Of a stretch of DNA of 53,743 nucleotides, positions 16,855 through 25,366 are shown piece by piece. Under the pieces are notes generated by a model. The model worked only from the letters and a program-made list of their open reading frames with translations, was not told the DNA's origin and searched no databases. Source of the DNA: Actinomycetota bacterium (GTDB lineage: Bacteria; Actinomycetota; Acidimicrobiia; Acidimicrobiales; GCA-2861595); the NCBI GenBank assembly GCA_052387235.1, contig JBQTJJ010000096.1, forward strand, positions 1-53,743. The letters are read 5' to 3'. The position numbers and the translations under genes are program-made. The first letter of the stretch is position 1. Each line of letters begins with the position of its first letter.

Positions 16855-19800
16855 ATGGGGGACCAGGACTACCGCGGTCGGTCCTTCCCAGAAGCCGCGA
16901 TCAGGGACATGGAGGACGCCGTGGCCAGCGAGGGACGGACCGCTTCATTCGCGCCGCCCGGGAGTCGGCTCCGCGCCACCCGGACGGTCGCTGCGCTGGG
17001 CACCGCCGCCGCGGTGGTGGTGGGCGGCCTCGCCATCCCCACGGTCTGGTCGGCCGCCACCGGCCGGGGTCGGGCGCCGGCGGCGCCGGACGCCACCGCC
17101 ACGGTCGCGCGGGCCTACGCCCAGCTCCCGTTGCGGTTCGAGCCGAACCGGGGCCAGTCCGGCCAGGGCGTGCAGTTCCTGGCGCGCGGCGCCGGCTACA
17201 CCGCCTTCATCTCCGGCGCCGGGTCGGTCCTGCGCGTCGGCGGCGCCGACGTCCCCATGACGATGGTGGGCGCCGATCCCGGCGCTCCCGCCGCTACCGG
17301 CCGCCGGCTCCCGGGCGTGACCAACTACCTGAACGGCGCCGACCCGAAGGGCTGGCTCACCGGCGTCCCCGGCTTCGACCGGGTCCGGTTCGACGGCGTC
17401 TACCCCGGCATCGACCTGGTGTACCGGGGCCAGGGCCGCTCCCTGAAGTACGACTTCGTGGTCGCACCGGGCGCCGACCCCGGCCGCATCGCACTGGAGC
17501 TGGGGCCGCCGTCGACGGTGTCGATAGAGCCCGGCGGCGACCTGGTCGTCGCCACGCCCGCCGGCGACGTCCGCCACGAGAAGCCGTACGTGTACCAGGA
17601 CGTCGACGGGAAGCGCCGCACCGTGACCGGGTCCTACGTCCGGCGGGCCGACGGCCACATCGGCTTCCGCCTCGGCACCTTCGACCGGTCCCGCGCCCTG
17701 GTGATCGACCCGGTCGTCGCCTACTCCACCCTGCTCGGTGGCAGCGGGTCCGACTCGGGCCTGGCGGTGGCGGTCGACGGGGCCGGGAGCGCCTTCGTCG
17801 CCGGGCAGACGGCCGCGTCCAACTTCCCCACCGTGGGCCCGGCCCAGGGGGCGCTCTCGGGCGCCAGCGACGCCTTCGTGACCAAGCTCAACCCGGCCGG
17901 AACGGACCTCGTCTACTCCACCTTCCTGGGTGGCGGCAACGTCGAGGCGGCCAACGGCATCGCCGTCGACGCCTCGGGCAACGCCTACGTCACAGGCGAG
18001 ACCCGCTCCGACAACTTCCCCACGGTGGCGCCGATCCAGGCCGCCCGCGGCGGCGGTACCTGCGGGACGGCCCCCAACACCTTCCCGTGCCCCGACGTGT
18101 TCGTGGCCAAGCTGAACGCCACCGGGTCGGCCCTCCTCTACGGCACCTACCTTGGGGGCAGCGCGTCCGACGTCGGTCGTGCCGTCGCCGTCGACGGGTC
18201 CGGCAGCGCCTACGTCACCGGCGACACGGCATCGACCGCCTTTCCCCGGGTGGGCGCCCTCCAGAACACCAAGGGCGCCGGCACCAGCAGTGACGCCTTC
18301 GTCTCCAAGCTCAACGCCGCCGGCTCGGCCCTCACCTACTCCACCTTCCTGGGCGGGGGCCAGGCCGACGTCGGGCGCGGCATCGCCGTCGACGCCGCAG
18401 GCAACGCGCACGTCACCGGGGACGCCTCGTCCACCGACTTCCCGGTGGCCAGCGCCCTCCAGGGCACCAGCGCCGGCGGCGGGGACGCGTTCGTGACCAA
18501 GTTCAACCCGGCGGGCTCGGCCCACCTGTACTCCACGTACCTCGGCGGCGCCGGCGCCGACGCCGGCCGGGCCATCGCCCTCGACCCGTCGGGCAGCGCC
18601 TACGTGGCCGGGAGCACGGCATCGGAGAACTTCCCGGTCGCATCCGCCTTCCAGGGCGCCAAGCCCGGTGGCGACGACGGCTTCGTCACCAAGCTGGACG
18701 CAGCCGGGGCCGCCCTCGTGTACTCGACCTATCTCGGCGGTCTCGGCCCCGACTCGGCCAACGGGATCGCCGTGGACGGGTCGGGAAGCGCCCATGTGGG
18801 GGGCACCACGTCGTCGACGGACTTCCCCGTCGCGGCACCGGTGGCGGTCCGGGCCGGGAGCGGCGACGCCTTCGTGGCGCAGCTCGCGCCGGCGGGCAAC
18901 GGGCTGGTGCACGCCGCCCCGTTCGGCGGCAGCGCCAACGACTCGGGCCACGGCATCGCCGTCGACGCCGCTGGCTCGTCGTACCTCGCCGGCCAGGCCG
19001 CCCCGTTCATCGACGAGATCACCGACGACTTCCCCACCGTCAACGCGCTGCGGGCCAGCTTCGCCGGCAGCAACGACGCCTTCGTGACCAAGATCTCCCC
19101 CCTGCCCGCCGGCCTTCCCCTCGTCACCGCGCTGTCGCCGAGGAGCGGCCCCGCGGGGACCTCCGTCCTGCTGAGCGGGTCCGGCCTGTCCGGGGCCACC
19201 GCCGTCCGCTTCGGCTCCGTCGCCGCCACGTCGTTCTCGGTGCTCTCGGCCGCCCAGATCCGGGCCGTCGCGCCCGCCCAGGCCGCGGCCGCGGCCACCG
19301 TCACCGTCACCACGCCGGCGGGCACCTCGCCGCCGAACCCGGCGGCCCGCTACACCTACGGCGAGGGAACGTGGGAGCTCACGGGCGCCCAGGCCACGGC
19401 CCGCGTCGCCACTCGTTCGGTCCTGCTGGCCGACGGCAGGGTCCTCCTCGCCGGCGGCCGGGACCGCCAGAACGGCACGGCGGTCGCCTCGGCCGAGGTC
19501 TACGACCCGAAGACCGGCACGTGGGCCCTCACCGGTTCCATGACCGTGGGCCGGACGGCCCACACGGCCACCCTGCTGCGCAACGGCAAGGTGCTGGTGA
19601 CCGGGGGCGCCACGGGCAACCTGACCACCAACGCGCAGCCCCAGCTGGCCACGGCCGAGCTGTTCGACCCGGCCACGGGGACCTGGAGCGCCACCGGCAC
19701 CATGGCCACCAGCCGCTACCTCCACTCCGCCCACCTCCTCCGCGACGGCCGGGTGCTGGTGGCCGGCGGCCGGTTCTGCGCCTCCCCGCCGCCCGCCTCC

Positions 19801-21006
19801 TGCGACTTCACCCAGTTCACGGCCTCGGCCGAGATCTACGACCCCGCCACCGGCGCCTTCACCGCCACCGGCAGCATGAGCGTGCCCCGCCACACCACCG
19901 AGGCCACCATCCTCAACGACGGCCGCATCCTCATCCCGGCCGGCTTCGGTGGCCCCTCCAGCGGGCACAACTCGGCCGACGTCTTCGACCCGGCCACCAA
20001 CACCTGGACGCCCACGGGCCCGCTCAACATCGGTCGCTCCCGGCAGGGCGCGGTCACCCTCAGGGACGGGCGGGTCCTGATCGCGGGCGGGTTCAGCGGC
20101 GCCAACACCGCCGAGCTGTACGACCCGGCCACCAACAAGTGGACGCTCACCGGCAGCCCCAACTCCAGCGGCCGGAACAACTTCTTCATGGGCCTGCTGC
20201 CCAACGGCCGGGTGCTGCTCGCCGGCGGTGGGCCGGGCGGCTTCACGGCAGAGATCTACGACCCGGGGACCGGGCGGTGGACCTCGGGCGGCACCATGCA
20301 CACGTCGCGGGGCATCGCCGGCACGCCGTACAACAGCGTCCGGCCGGTGCTGCTGTCGAGCGATCCCTTCAAGGTCGAGGCCGACCCGGCCGTCTGCGGC
20401 AGCAACTGCCTCAAGATGCTGCTGGCCGGCGAGAGCGACGACCGCCGGGCCGAGCTGTACCTGCCGGCCGCCGCCGTCACCGACAAGGGCTACTGGACCG
20501 TCGCCAGCGACGGCGGCATCTTCGCCTTCGGCGGTGCCCAGTTCCACGGCTCCACCGGCGCCATCCGGCTCAACCAGCCGGTGGTGGGCATGGCGGCCAC
20601 GCCGTCGGGCAGGGGCTACTGGCTGGTGGCCAGCGACGGCGGCATCTTCGCCTTCGGCGACGCCGCCTTCCGCGGCTCCACCGGCGGCGTCCGGCTCAAC
20701 CGCCCGGTGGTCGGCATGGCCGCCACCCGCACCGGAAAGGGCTACGCCCTGGTCGCCTCGGACGGTGGCATCTTCGCCTTCGGCGACGCCCAGTTCCACG
20801 GCTCCACCGGCGCCCTCCGGCTCAACCAGCCAGTGGTGGGCATGGCCGCCACGCCCTCCCTCGGCGCCTTCAACGGGTACTGGCTGGTGGCGGCCGACGG
20901 TGGCATCTTCGCCTTCGGCGACGCCAGCTTCCACGGCTCCACCGGCGCCATCCGCCTCAACCGGCCCATGGTGGGCATGGCGGCGCTTCCCCGCGCTCCC
21001 GAGTAA
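16855..21006 (+). CDS. giant secreted/anchored surface protein: N-terminal TM anchor, SBBP beta-propeller repeats, IPT/TIG domain, Kelch-type propeller, four C-terminal 42-45-aa repeats
   Basis: Track ORF 16774..21006 was trimmed to the ATG at 16855 (GGGAGG 4 nt upstream). It has repeated ...[20 protein letters not shown]...G.AVD..GNAYVTG.T.S.NFP (SBBP-like). [19 protein letters not shown]...[10 protein letters not shown] is IPT-like. GRVLLAGG...[11 protein letters not shown] is Kelch-like. [23 protein letters not shown] occurs four times. Confidence 0.85.
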   Translation: MGDQDYRGRSFPEAAIRDMEDAVASEGRTASFAPPGSRLRATRTVAALGTAAAVVVGGLAIPTVWSAATGRGRAPAAPDATATVARAYAQLPLRFEPNRGQSGQGVQFLARGAGYTAFISGAGSVLRVGGADVPMTMVGADPGAPAATGRRLPGVTNYLNGADPKGWLTGVPGFDRVRFDGVYPGIDLVYRGQGRSLKYDFVVAPGADPGRIALELGPPSTVSIEPGGDLVVATPAGDVRHEKPYVYQDVDGKRRTVTGSYVRRADGHIGFRLGTFDRSRALVIDPVVAYSTLLGGSGSDSGLAVAVDGAGSAFVAGQTAASNFPTVGPAQGALSGASDAFVTKLNPAGTDLVYSTFLGGGNVEAANGIAVDASGNAYVTGETRSDNFPTVAPIQAARGGGTCGTAPNTFPCPDVFVAKLNATGSALLYGTYLGGSASDVGRAVAVDGSGSAYVTGDTASTAFPRVGALQNTKGAGTSSDAFVSKLNAAGSALTYSTFLGGGQADVGRGIAVDAAGNAHVTGDASSTDFPVASALQGTSAGGGDAFVTKFNPAGSAHLYSTYLGGAGADAGRAIALDPSGSAYVAGSTASENFPVASAFQGAKPGGDDGFVTKLDAAGAALVYSTYLGGLGPDSANGIAVDGSGSAHVGGTTSSTDFPVAAPVAVRAGSGDAFVAQLAPAGNGLVHAAPFGGSANDSGHGIAVDAAGSSYLAGQAAPFIDEITDDFPTVNALRASFAGSNDAFVTKISPLPAGLPLVTALSPRSGPAGTSVLLSGSGLSGATAVRFGSVAATSFSVLSAAQIRAVAPAQAAAAATVTVTTPAGTSPPNPAARYTYGEGTWELTGAQATARVATRSVLLADGRVLLAGGRDRQNGTAVASAEVYDPKTGTWALTGSMTVGRTAHTATLLRNGKVLVTGGATGNLTTNAQPQLATAELFDPATGTWSATGTMATSRYLHSAHLLRDGRVLVAGGRFCASPPPASCDFTQFTASAEIYDPATGAFTATGSMSVPRHTTEATILNDGRILIPAGFGGPSSGHNSADVFDPATNTWTPTGPLNIGRSRQGAVTLRDGRVLIAGGFSGANTAELYDPATNKWTLTGSPNSSGRNNFFMGLLPNGRVLLAGGGPGGFTAEIYDPGTGRWTSGGTMHTSRGIAGTPYNSVRPVLLSSDPFKVEADPAVCGSNCLKMLLAGESDDRRAELYLPAAAVTDKGYWTVASDGGIFAFGGAQFHGSTGAIRLNQPVVGMAATPSGRGYWLVASDGGIFAFGDAAFRGSTGGVRLNRPVVGMAATRTGKGYALVASDGGIFAFGDAQFHGSTGALRLNQPVVGMAATPSLGAFNGYWLVAADGGIFAFGDASFHGSTGAIRLNRPMVGMAALPRAPE
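20488..20990 (+). repeat. four tandem coding repeats (126, 126, 135 and about 116 nt)
   Basis: GGCTACTGG...GACGGCGGCATCTTCGCCTTCGGCG...GGCTCCACCGGCG...CTCAACC...GTGGGCATGGC recurs at 20488, 20614, 20740 and 20875. Confidence 0.9.
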
Positions 21007-21045
21007 ATAACTCGCCAATACGGCGAGTTATTTACTCGGGACGGG
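20981..21045. repeat. 65-bp repeat, copy 2, containing the AT-rich palindrome (20998-21040; 19-bp arms, 5-nt loop); probable bidirectional terminator position
   Basis: The palindrome is CCCGAGTAAATAACTCGCC-AATAC-GGCGAGTTATTTACTCGGG. It contains the TAA stop (21004-21006) of the giant gene and ends 8 nt from the valS stop codon. Confidence 0.95.
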
Positions 21046-21047
21046 GG

Positions 21048-23552
21048 TCAGGCGACGGCGGGGTCGGCGAGGGTGACCTCGACCGACGGGGCGTCGGCCT
21101 CCTCCAGGCGCAGCTCGGCCACCGAGCCGGCGTCGCAGAGGTCGGCCTCGGCCGCGGCCAGGGCGTCGAGGCGGGCCCGGGAGTCGCGGACCACGACCAC
21201 CGAGACCGGGGCCCGCTGGGACAGCTTGGCCTCGCTCTTGGCCTTGCGGACGGCCCGGAGGACGGCGCTGGCCACCTCGAGCACGAGGGGGTCGCCGGCG
21301 CCGGCGCCAACCAGCTCGGCCGCCGTGGGCCACGGGCCGCGGTGGACCGAGCCCTGCTGCCACCACGACCACACCTCCTCGGCCACGAAGGGCAGGAAGG
21401 GGGCGAACAGGCGGTGGAAGGCGGAGAGGGCCAGGCCCAGGGTGGCGGTGGCCGACCCGCCCCCGGCGCCGCCCCGGTAGGCCCGGTTCTTCACCAGCTC
21501 CACGTAGTCGTCGCAGAAGGACCAGAAGAAGGCCTCGGTGCGCTCGAGGGCCCGGGCATAGTCGTAGCCCTCGAAGGCGGTGGTGGCCTCGTCCACCAGC
21601 CGGGCCAGGCCGGCCAGGAGGGCGACGTCGAGGGGCGCCGAGGGCGATCCCTCGGCCCGGGGCAGCGACAGGACGAACTTGGAGGCGTTGAGGACCTTGA
21701 TGGACAGGCGCCGGCCGTTCTTCATCTGGTTCTCGTCGAAGGCGGTGTCGGTGCCGGGCCGGCCGTTGGCGGCCCAGTAGCGCACCGCGTCGGAGCCGTA
21801 CTGCTCCAGCAGGGCCATGGGCGTGACGACGTTGCCCTTCGACTTGGACATCTTCTTGCGGTCCGGGTCGAGGATCCAGCCCGAGATGGTGGCGTCGGTC
21901 CACGGGAGCGAGCCGTCGTGGAGGTGGTAGGAGCGGACCACGGTGGAGAACAGCCAGGTGCGGATGATGTCGTGGGCCTGGGGCCGGACGTCGAAGGGGA
22001 AGACCATGGCGAACAGCTCGTGGTCGACGCCCCAGCCGCCGGCGATCTGGGGCGTGAGCGACGACGTGGCCCACGTGTCCATGACGTCCGGGTCGGCGGT
22101 GAACCCGCCCGGCCGGTCCCGCTGGTCCTCGGTGTAGCCGGGCGGGACAGCGGTGGAGGGGTCGACCGGCAGCGACTCCTCGGTGGCCCGGATGGGCTGG
22201 TCGAACGCCGGCCCCCCGTCGGCGTCCACCGGGTACCAGATCGGGAAGGGAACGCCGAAGAAGCGCTGGCGGCTGATGAGCCAGTCGCTGTTGAGGCCGT
22301 CGACCCAGTTCTCGTACCGGGCCTGCATGAACGGCGGGTGCCAGCTCAGCTCCCGGCCCTTGTCCTTCAACGCCTCCTTGTGGTCCAGCACGTTGATGAA
22401 CCACTGGCGGCTGGTGACGATCTCGAGGGGGCGGTCGCCCTTCTCGAAGTACTTGACGGGATGGGTGATGGGGCGGGGCTCGCCCACCAGGTCGCCCGAC
22501 GCCGTCAGCCGGTCGACGATCCGGGCGCGGGCCTGCTTGGCGGTGGCGCCGGCCAGCTCCCGCCACGCGTCGCCCTCGGGGACGCCGTCGGGCGGCGTCT
22601 CGAGGACCCGGCCGTCCCGGCCCAGCATGCTGCGCACGGGCAGGTCCAGCTCGCGCCACCAGACCACGTCGGTGAGGTCGCCGAAGGTGCAGATCATGGC
22701 GATGCCGGAGCCCTTCTCCGGGTCGGCCAGCTCGTGGGCCAGGATCGGGACCTCCACGCCGAACAGCGGCGTGGGCACGGTGGAGCCGAAGCGGGGCCCG
22801 AAGCGTTCGTCGTCGGGGTGGGCCACCAGGGCGACGCACGCCGGGATGAGCTCGGGCCGGGTGGTCTCGATCTCGACGTCGCCGAAGCGGATGCGGTGGT
22901 AGGCGCCGGCCGTCTCCCGGTCCTCCAGCTCGGCCTGGGCCACCGCCGTCTGGAAGTCCACGTCCCAAAGCGTGGGCGCGACCCGCTGGTAGGCGGTCCC
23001 GCCGTCCAGCAGGCGCAGGAACGCCAGCTGGGAGACCTTCTGGGTCTGGTCGCCGATGGTGGTGTAGGTGGTGCTCCAGTCGACCGAAAGGCCCAGGCGG
23101 CGGAACAGGTCCTCGAAGGCCCGCTCGTCCTCGGCGGTGAGCCGGTGGCACAGCTCCACGAAGTTGGGTCTGGACACCGGCTGCTGGTGCTTCGCCTTCG
23201 GGCCCGGTGGGTCGAGGTCGGGCTCGTAGGCGAGGTGCGGGTCGCACCGGACGCCGAAGTAGTTCTGGACGCGCCGTTCCGTGGGGAGGCCGTTGTCGTC
23301 CCACCCGATCGGGTAGAAGACCTGCTTCCCCCGCATGCGCCAGAACCGGGCCAGCGTGTCGGTGTGGGTGTACGAGAACACGTGCCCCACGTGCAGCGAC
23401 CCGCTGACCGTGGGTGGCGGGGTGTCGACGGAGAAGACCTCGGAGCGAGGGCCCCGCCGCTCGAATGCGTACGTGCCCTGCTCCTGCCAGCGCGCCGCCC
23501 AGCGCGCCTCGAGGCCCTCGAGCGACGGTTTTTCCGGGACGTTGGCGGCCAT
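21048..23552 (-). CDS. valS: valine--tRNA ligase
   Basis: Track ORF 21048..23597 was trimmed to the ATG at 23552 (MAANVPEKPSLEGLE). Motifs are PPTVSGSLHVGHV (HIGH), KMSKSKGNVV (KMSKS) and WDDNGLPTE. Confidence 0.9.
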   Translation of the reverse strand: MAANVPEKPSLEGLEARWAARWQEQGTYAFERRGPRSEVFSVDTPPPTVSGSLHVGHVFSYTHTDTLARFWRMRGKQVFYPIGWDDNGLPTERRVQNYFGVRCDPHLAYEPDLDPPGPKAKHQQPVSRPNFVELCHRLTAEDERAFEDLFRRLGLSVDWSTTYTTIGDQTQKVSQLAFLRLLDGGTAYQRVAPTLWDVDFQTAVAQAELEDRETAGAYHRIRFGDVEIETTRPELIPACVALVAHPDDERFGPRFGSTVPTPLFGVEVPILAHELADPEKGSGIAMICTFGDLTDVVWWRELDLPVRSMLGRDGRVLETPPDGVPEGDAWRELAGATAKQARARIVDRLTASGDLVGEPRPITHPVKYFEKGDRPLEIVTSRQWFINVLDHKEALKDKGRELSWHPPFMQARYENWVDGLNSDWLISRQRFFGVPFPIWYPVDADGGPAFDQPIRATEESLPVDPSTAVPPGYTEDQRDRPGGFTADPDVMDTWATSSLTPQIAGGWGVDHELFAMVFPFDVRPQAHDIIRTWLFSTVVRSYHLHDGSLPWTDATISGWILDPDRKKMSKSKGNVVTPMALLEQYGSDAVRYWAANGRPGTDTAFDENQMKNGRRLSIKVLNASKFVLSLPRAEGSPSAPLDVALLAGLARLVDEATTAFEGYDYARALERTEAFFWSFCDDYVELVKNRAYRGGAGGGSATATLGLALSAFHRLFAPFLPFVAEEVWSWWQQGSVHRGPWPTAAELVGAGAGDPLVLEVASAVLRAVRKAKSEAKLSQRAPVSVVVVRDSRARLDALAAAEADLCDAGSVAELRLEEADAPSVEVTLADPAVA

Positions 23553-23572
23553 GATGGGGTTACCGTACCTGC

Positions 23573-24934
23573 GTGCTGCGCCTCCACGACACTGCATCGG
23601 GTGCTGTACGCGAGCTCGGGCTCCGCGATCCGGGCCGGGTCTCGATGTATGTCTGCGGTCCCACCGTCTACGGGCCGCCCCACATCGGCCACGGCCGCCA
23701 ACTGCTGGTGTACGACGTCCTCCGCCGCTACCTGGAGTGGACCGGCCTCGATGTGCGCCACGTCTCCAATGTCACCGACATCGACGACAACATCATCAAG
23801 CGGGCCAACGAGGAGGGCCGGTCGTGCGACGACGTGACGGCCGAGTTCGAGAAGGCCTGGTACGACGCCGTCGACGCCCTGGGCGTGCTGCGGCCCCACG
23901 AGGACCCGCACGCCACCGCCTACGTGGCCGAGATGGTGGGCCTCATCGGGGAGCTGGTGGCGCGGGGCATCGCCTACGAGCTGGCCGACGGCGTGTACTT
24001 CGGCGTGGAGGCGGTGGACGGCTACGGGCTGCTGGCCCGGCAGTCGCTGGCTTCCCTGCGAGCCGGCGAGCGGGTCGACCTGGTGGAGGGCAAGCGGTCC
24101 CCGTTCGACTTCGTCCTGTGGAAGCGGGCCAAGCCGGGGGAGCCCGAGTGGGACTCGCCCTGGGGCGCCGGCCGCCCGGGCTGGCACACCGAGTGCGTGG
24201 TGATGTCGCTCCAGCTGCTGGGCGACGGCTTCGACCTCCACGCCGGCGGGCTCGATCTCCAGTTCCCGCACCACGAGAACGAGCGGGCCCAGGCCGTGGC
24301 CCTCGGGCACGAGTTCTCCCGCCACTGGATGCACCACGCCTTCGTGGAGACGGCGGGGGAGAAGATGTCGAAGTCGCTCGGCAACTTCACCACCCTGCCC
24401 GACCTGCTGTCGCGCACCGACCCCCGGGCCTACCGGCTGGTGGTGCTCCAGTCCCACTACCGCTCACCCCTCGACGTGATGCCCGAGAACATCGGCAACG
24501 CCGAACGGGCCCTGGCCAAGCTCGACGAGCTCCACCGGCGGTGGGCCATGGAGGAGGGGCGGCCACCCGACGCGGCGGCCGATCCGGCGGCGCTCGGGCA
24601 GTTCAGGGCGTGCATGGACGACGACCTGTCCACGCCGGCCGCCACCGGGCTGCTGTTCGACCTGGTGGGCCGGGCCAACGCCGCCCTGGCCGCCGGCGAC
24701 ACCGCCGGCGCGGCGCCGGCGGTGGCGGCCGCCTTCGAGATCGCGGCCGCCCTCGGGCTGGCTCCGAAGGCGGCGGACACCGCCCTCGACGACGAGACCC
24801 GCCGGCTGGTGGCGGCGCGTGACGACGCCCGGGCGGCCCGGGATTTCGCCCGGTCCGACGCCATCCGCGCCGAGCTCACGGCCCGGGGCTGGGTCGTCCA
24901 GGACACGCCCGCCGGCACCACCGTCCACCGCTGA
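23573..24934 (+). CDS. cysS: cysteine--tRNA ligase
   Basis: Track ORF with motifs MYVCGPTVYGPPHIGHGR (HIGH), GWHTECV and KMSKSLGNF. Confidence 0.9.
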   Translation: MLRLHDTASGAVRELGLRDPGRVSMYVCGPTVYGPPHIGHGRQLLVYDVLRRYLEWTGLDVRHVSNVTDIDDNIIKRANEEGRSCDDVTAEFEKAWYDAVDALGVLRPHEDPHATAYVAEMVGLIGELVARGIAYELADGVYFGVEAVDGYGLLARQSLASLRAGERVDLVEGKRSPFDFVLWKRAKPGEPEWDSPWGAGRPGWHTECVVMSLQLLGDGFDLHAGGLDLQFPHHENERAQAVALGHEFSRHWMHHAFVETAGEKMSKSLGNFTTLPDLLSRTDPRAYRLVVLQSHYRSPLDVMPENIGNAERALAKLDELHRRWAMEEGRPPDAAADPAALGQFRACMDDDLSTPAATGLLFDLVGRANAALAAGDTAGAAPAVAAAFEIAAALGLAPKAADTALDDETRRLVAARDDARAARDFARSDAIRAELTARGWVVQDTPAGTTVHR

Positions 24935-25071
24935 TCTTTCGCGGTAGCGCCTCCTGACGCGGCGGTCTTTCGCTGCTAACGTCTTCGCGCGGAGACTTGC
25001 TGCACGCACGACGCAGTCGCACGGAGGGCATTCTCCTCAGAAGCAGTCGGACGAGAAGGAGGATCGCCATC

Positions 25072-25272
25072 GTGGCGACCGGAACGGTCAAGTGGTTCAA
25101 CGCAGAGAAGGGCTACGGCTTCATCTCACAGGCTGAGGGTGCGGACGTGTTCGTGCACTTCAGCGCGATCCAGACGAACGGGTACCGTTCGCTGGAGGAA
25201 GGTCAGCAGGTGGAGTTCGAGGTCCAGGAAGGCCCGAAGGGCCTGCAGGCGGCCAGCGTCCGCCCGCTCTGA
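25072..25272 (+). CDS. cspA: cold-shock protein (CspA family)
   Basis: The GTG at 25072 follows [26 protein letters not shown]...DVFVHFSAI contains the RNP1 and RNP2 motifs. It is preceded by a leader region of about 137 nt after cysS. Confidence 0.9.
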   Translation: MATGTVKWFNAEKGYGFISQAEGADVFVHFSAIQTNGYRSLEEGQQVEFEVQEGPKGLQAASVRPL

Positions 25273-25311
25273 GCCGGCCTTCCGGGCAGCGCCCGGACAA
25301 AGCGACATAGG

Positions 25312-25340
25312 AGCGCCCCTGTCCGGTGGACAGGGGCGCT
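25312..25340. terminator. 13-bp perfect hairpin between convergent cspA and ECF sigma genes
   Basis: AGCGCCCCTGTCC-GGT-GGACAGGGGCGCT. There is no strong U-tract, as is common in high-GC actinobacteria. Confidence 0.6.
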
Positions 25341-25366
25341 TCGCGTGTGCAGCGGGGCCGAGCGAC

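Noticed and set aside
16717-21040. I considered the AT-rich palindromes as integron attC sites, IS terminal inverted repeats or a CRISPR-like repeat.
   Set aside because: No integrase or transposase gene is present in the window. There is no GTTRRRY-type attC core and no target-site duplication that I can see. There are only two copies, 4.3 kb apart, with a normal-GC gene between them. They are kept as an unexplained repeat rather than called a mobile element.
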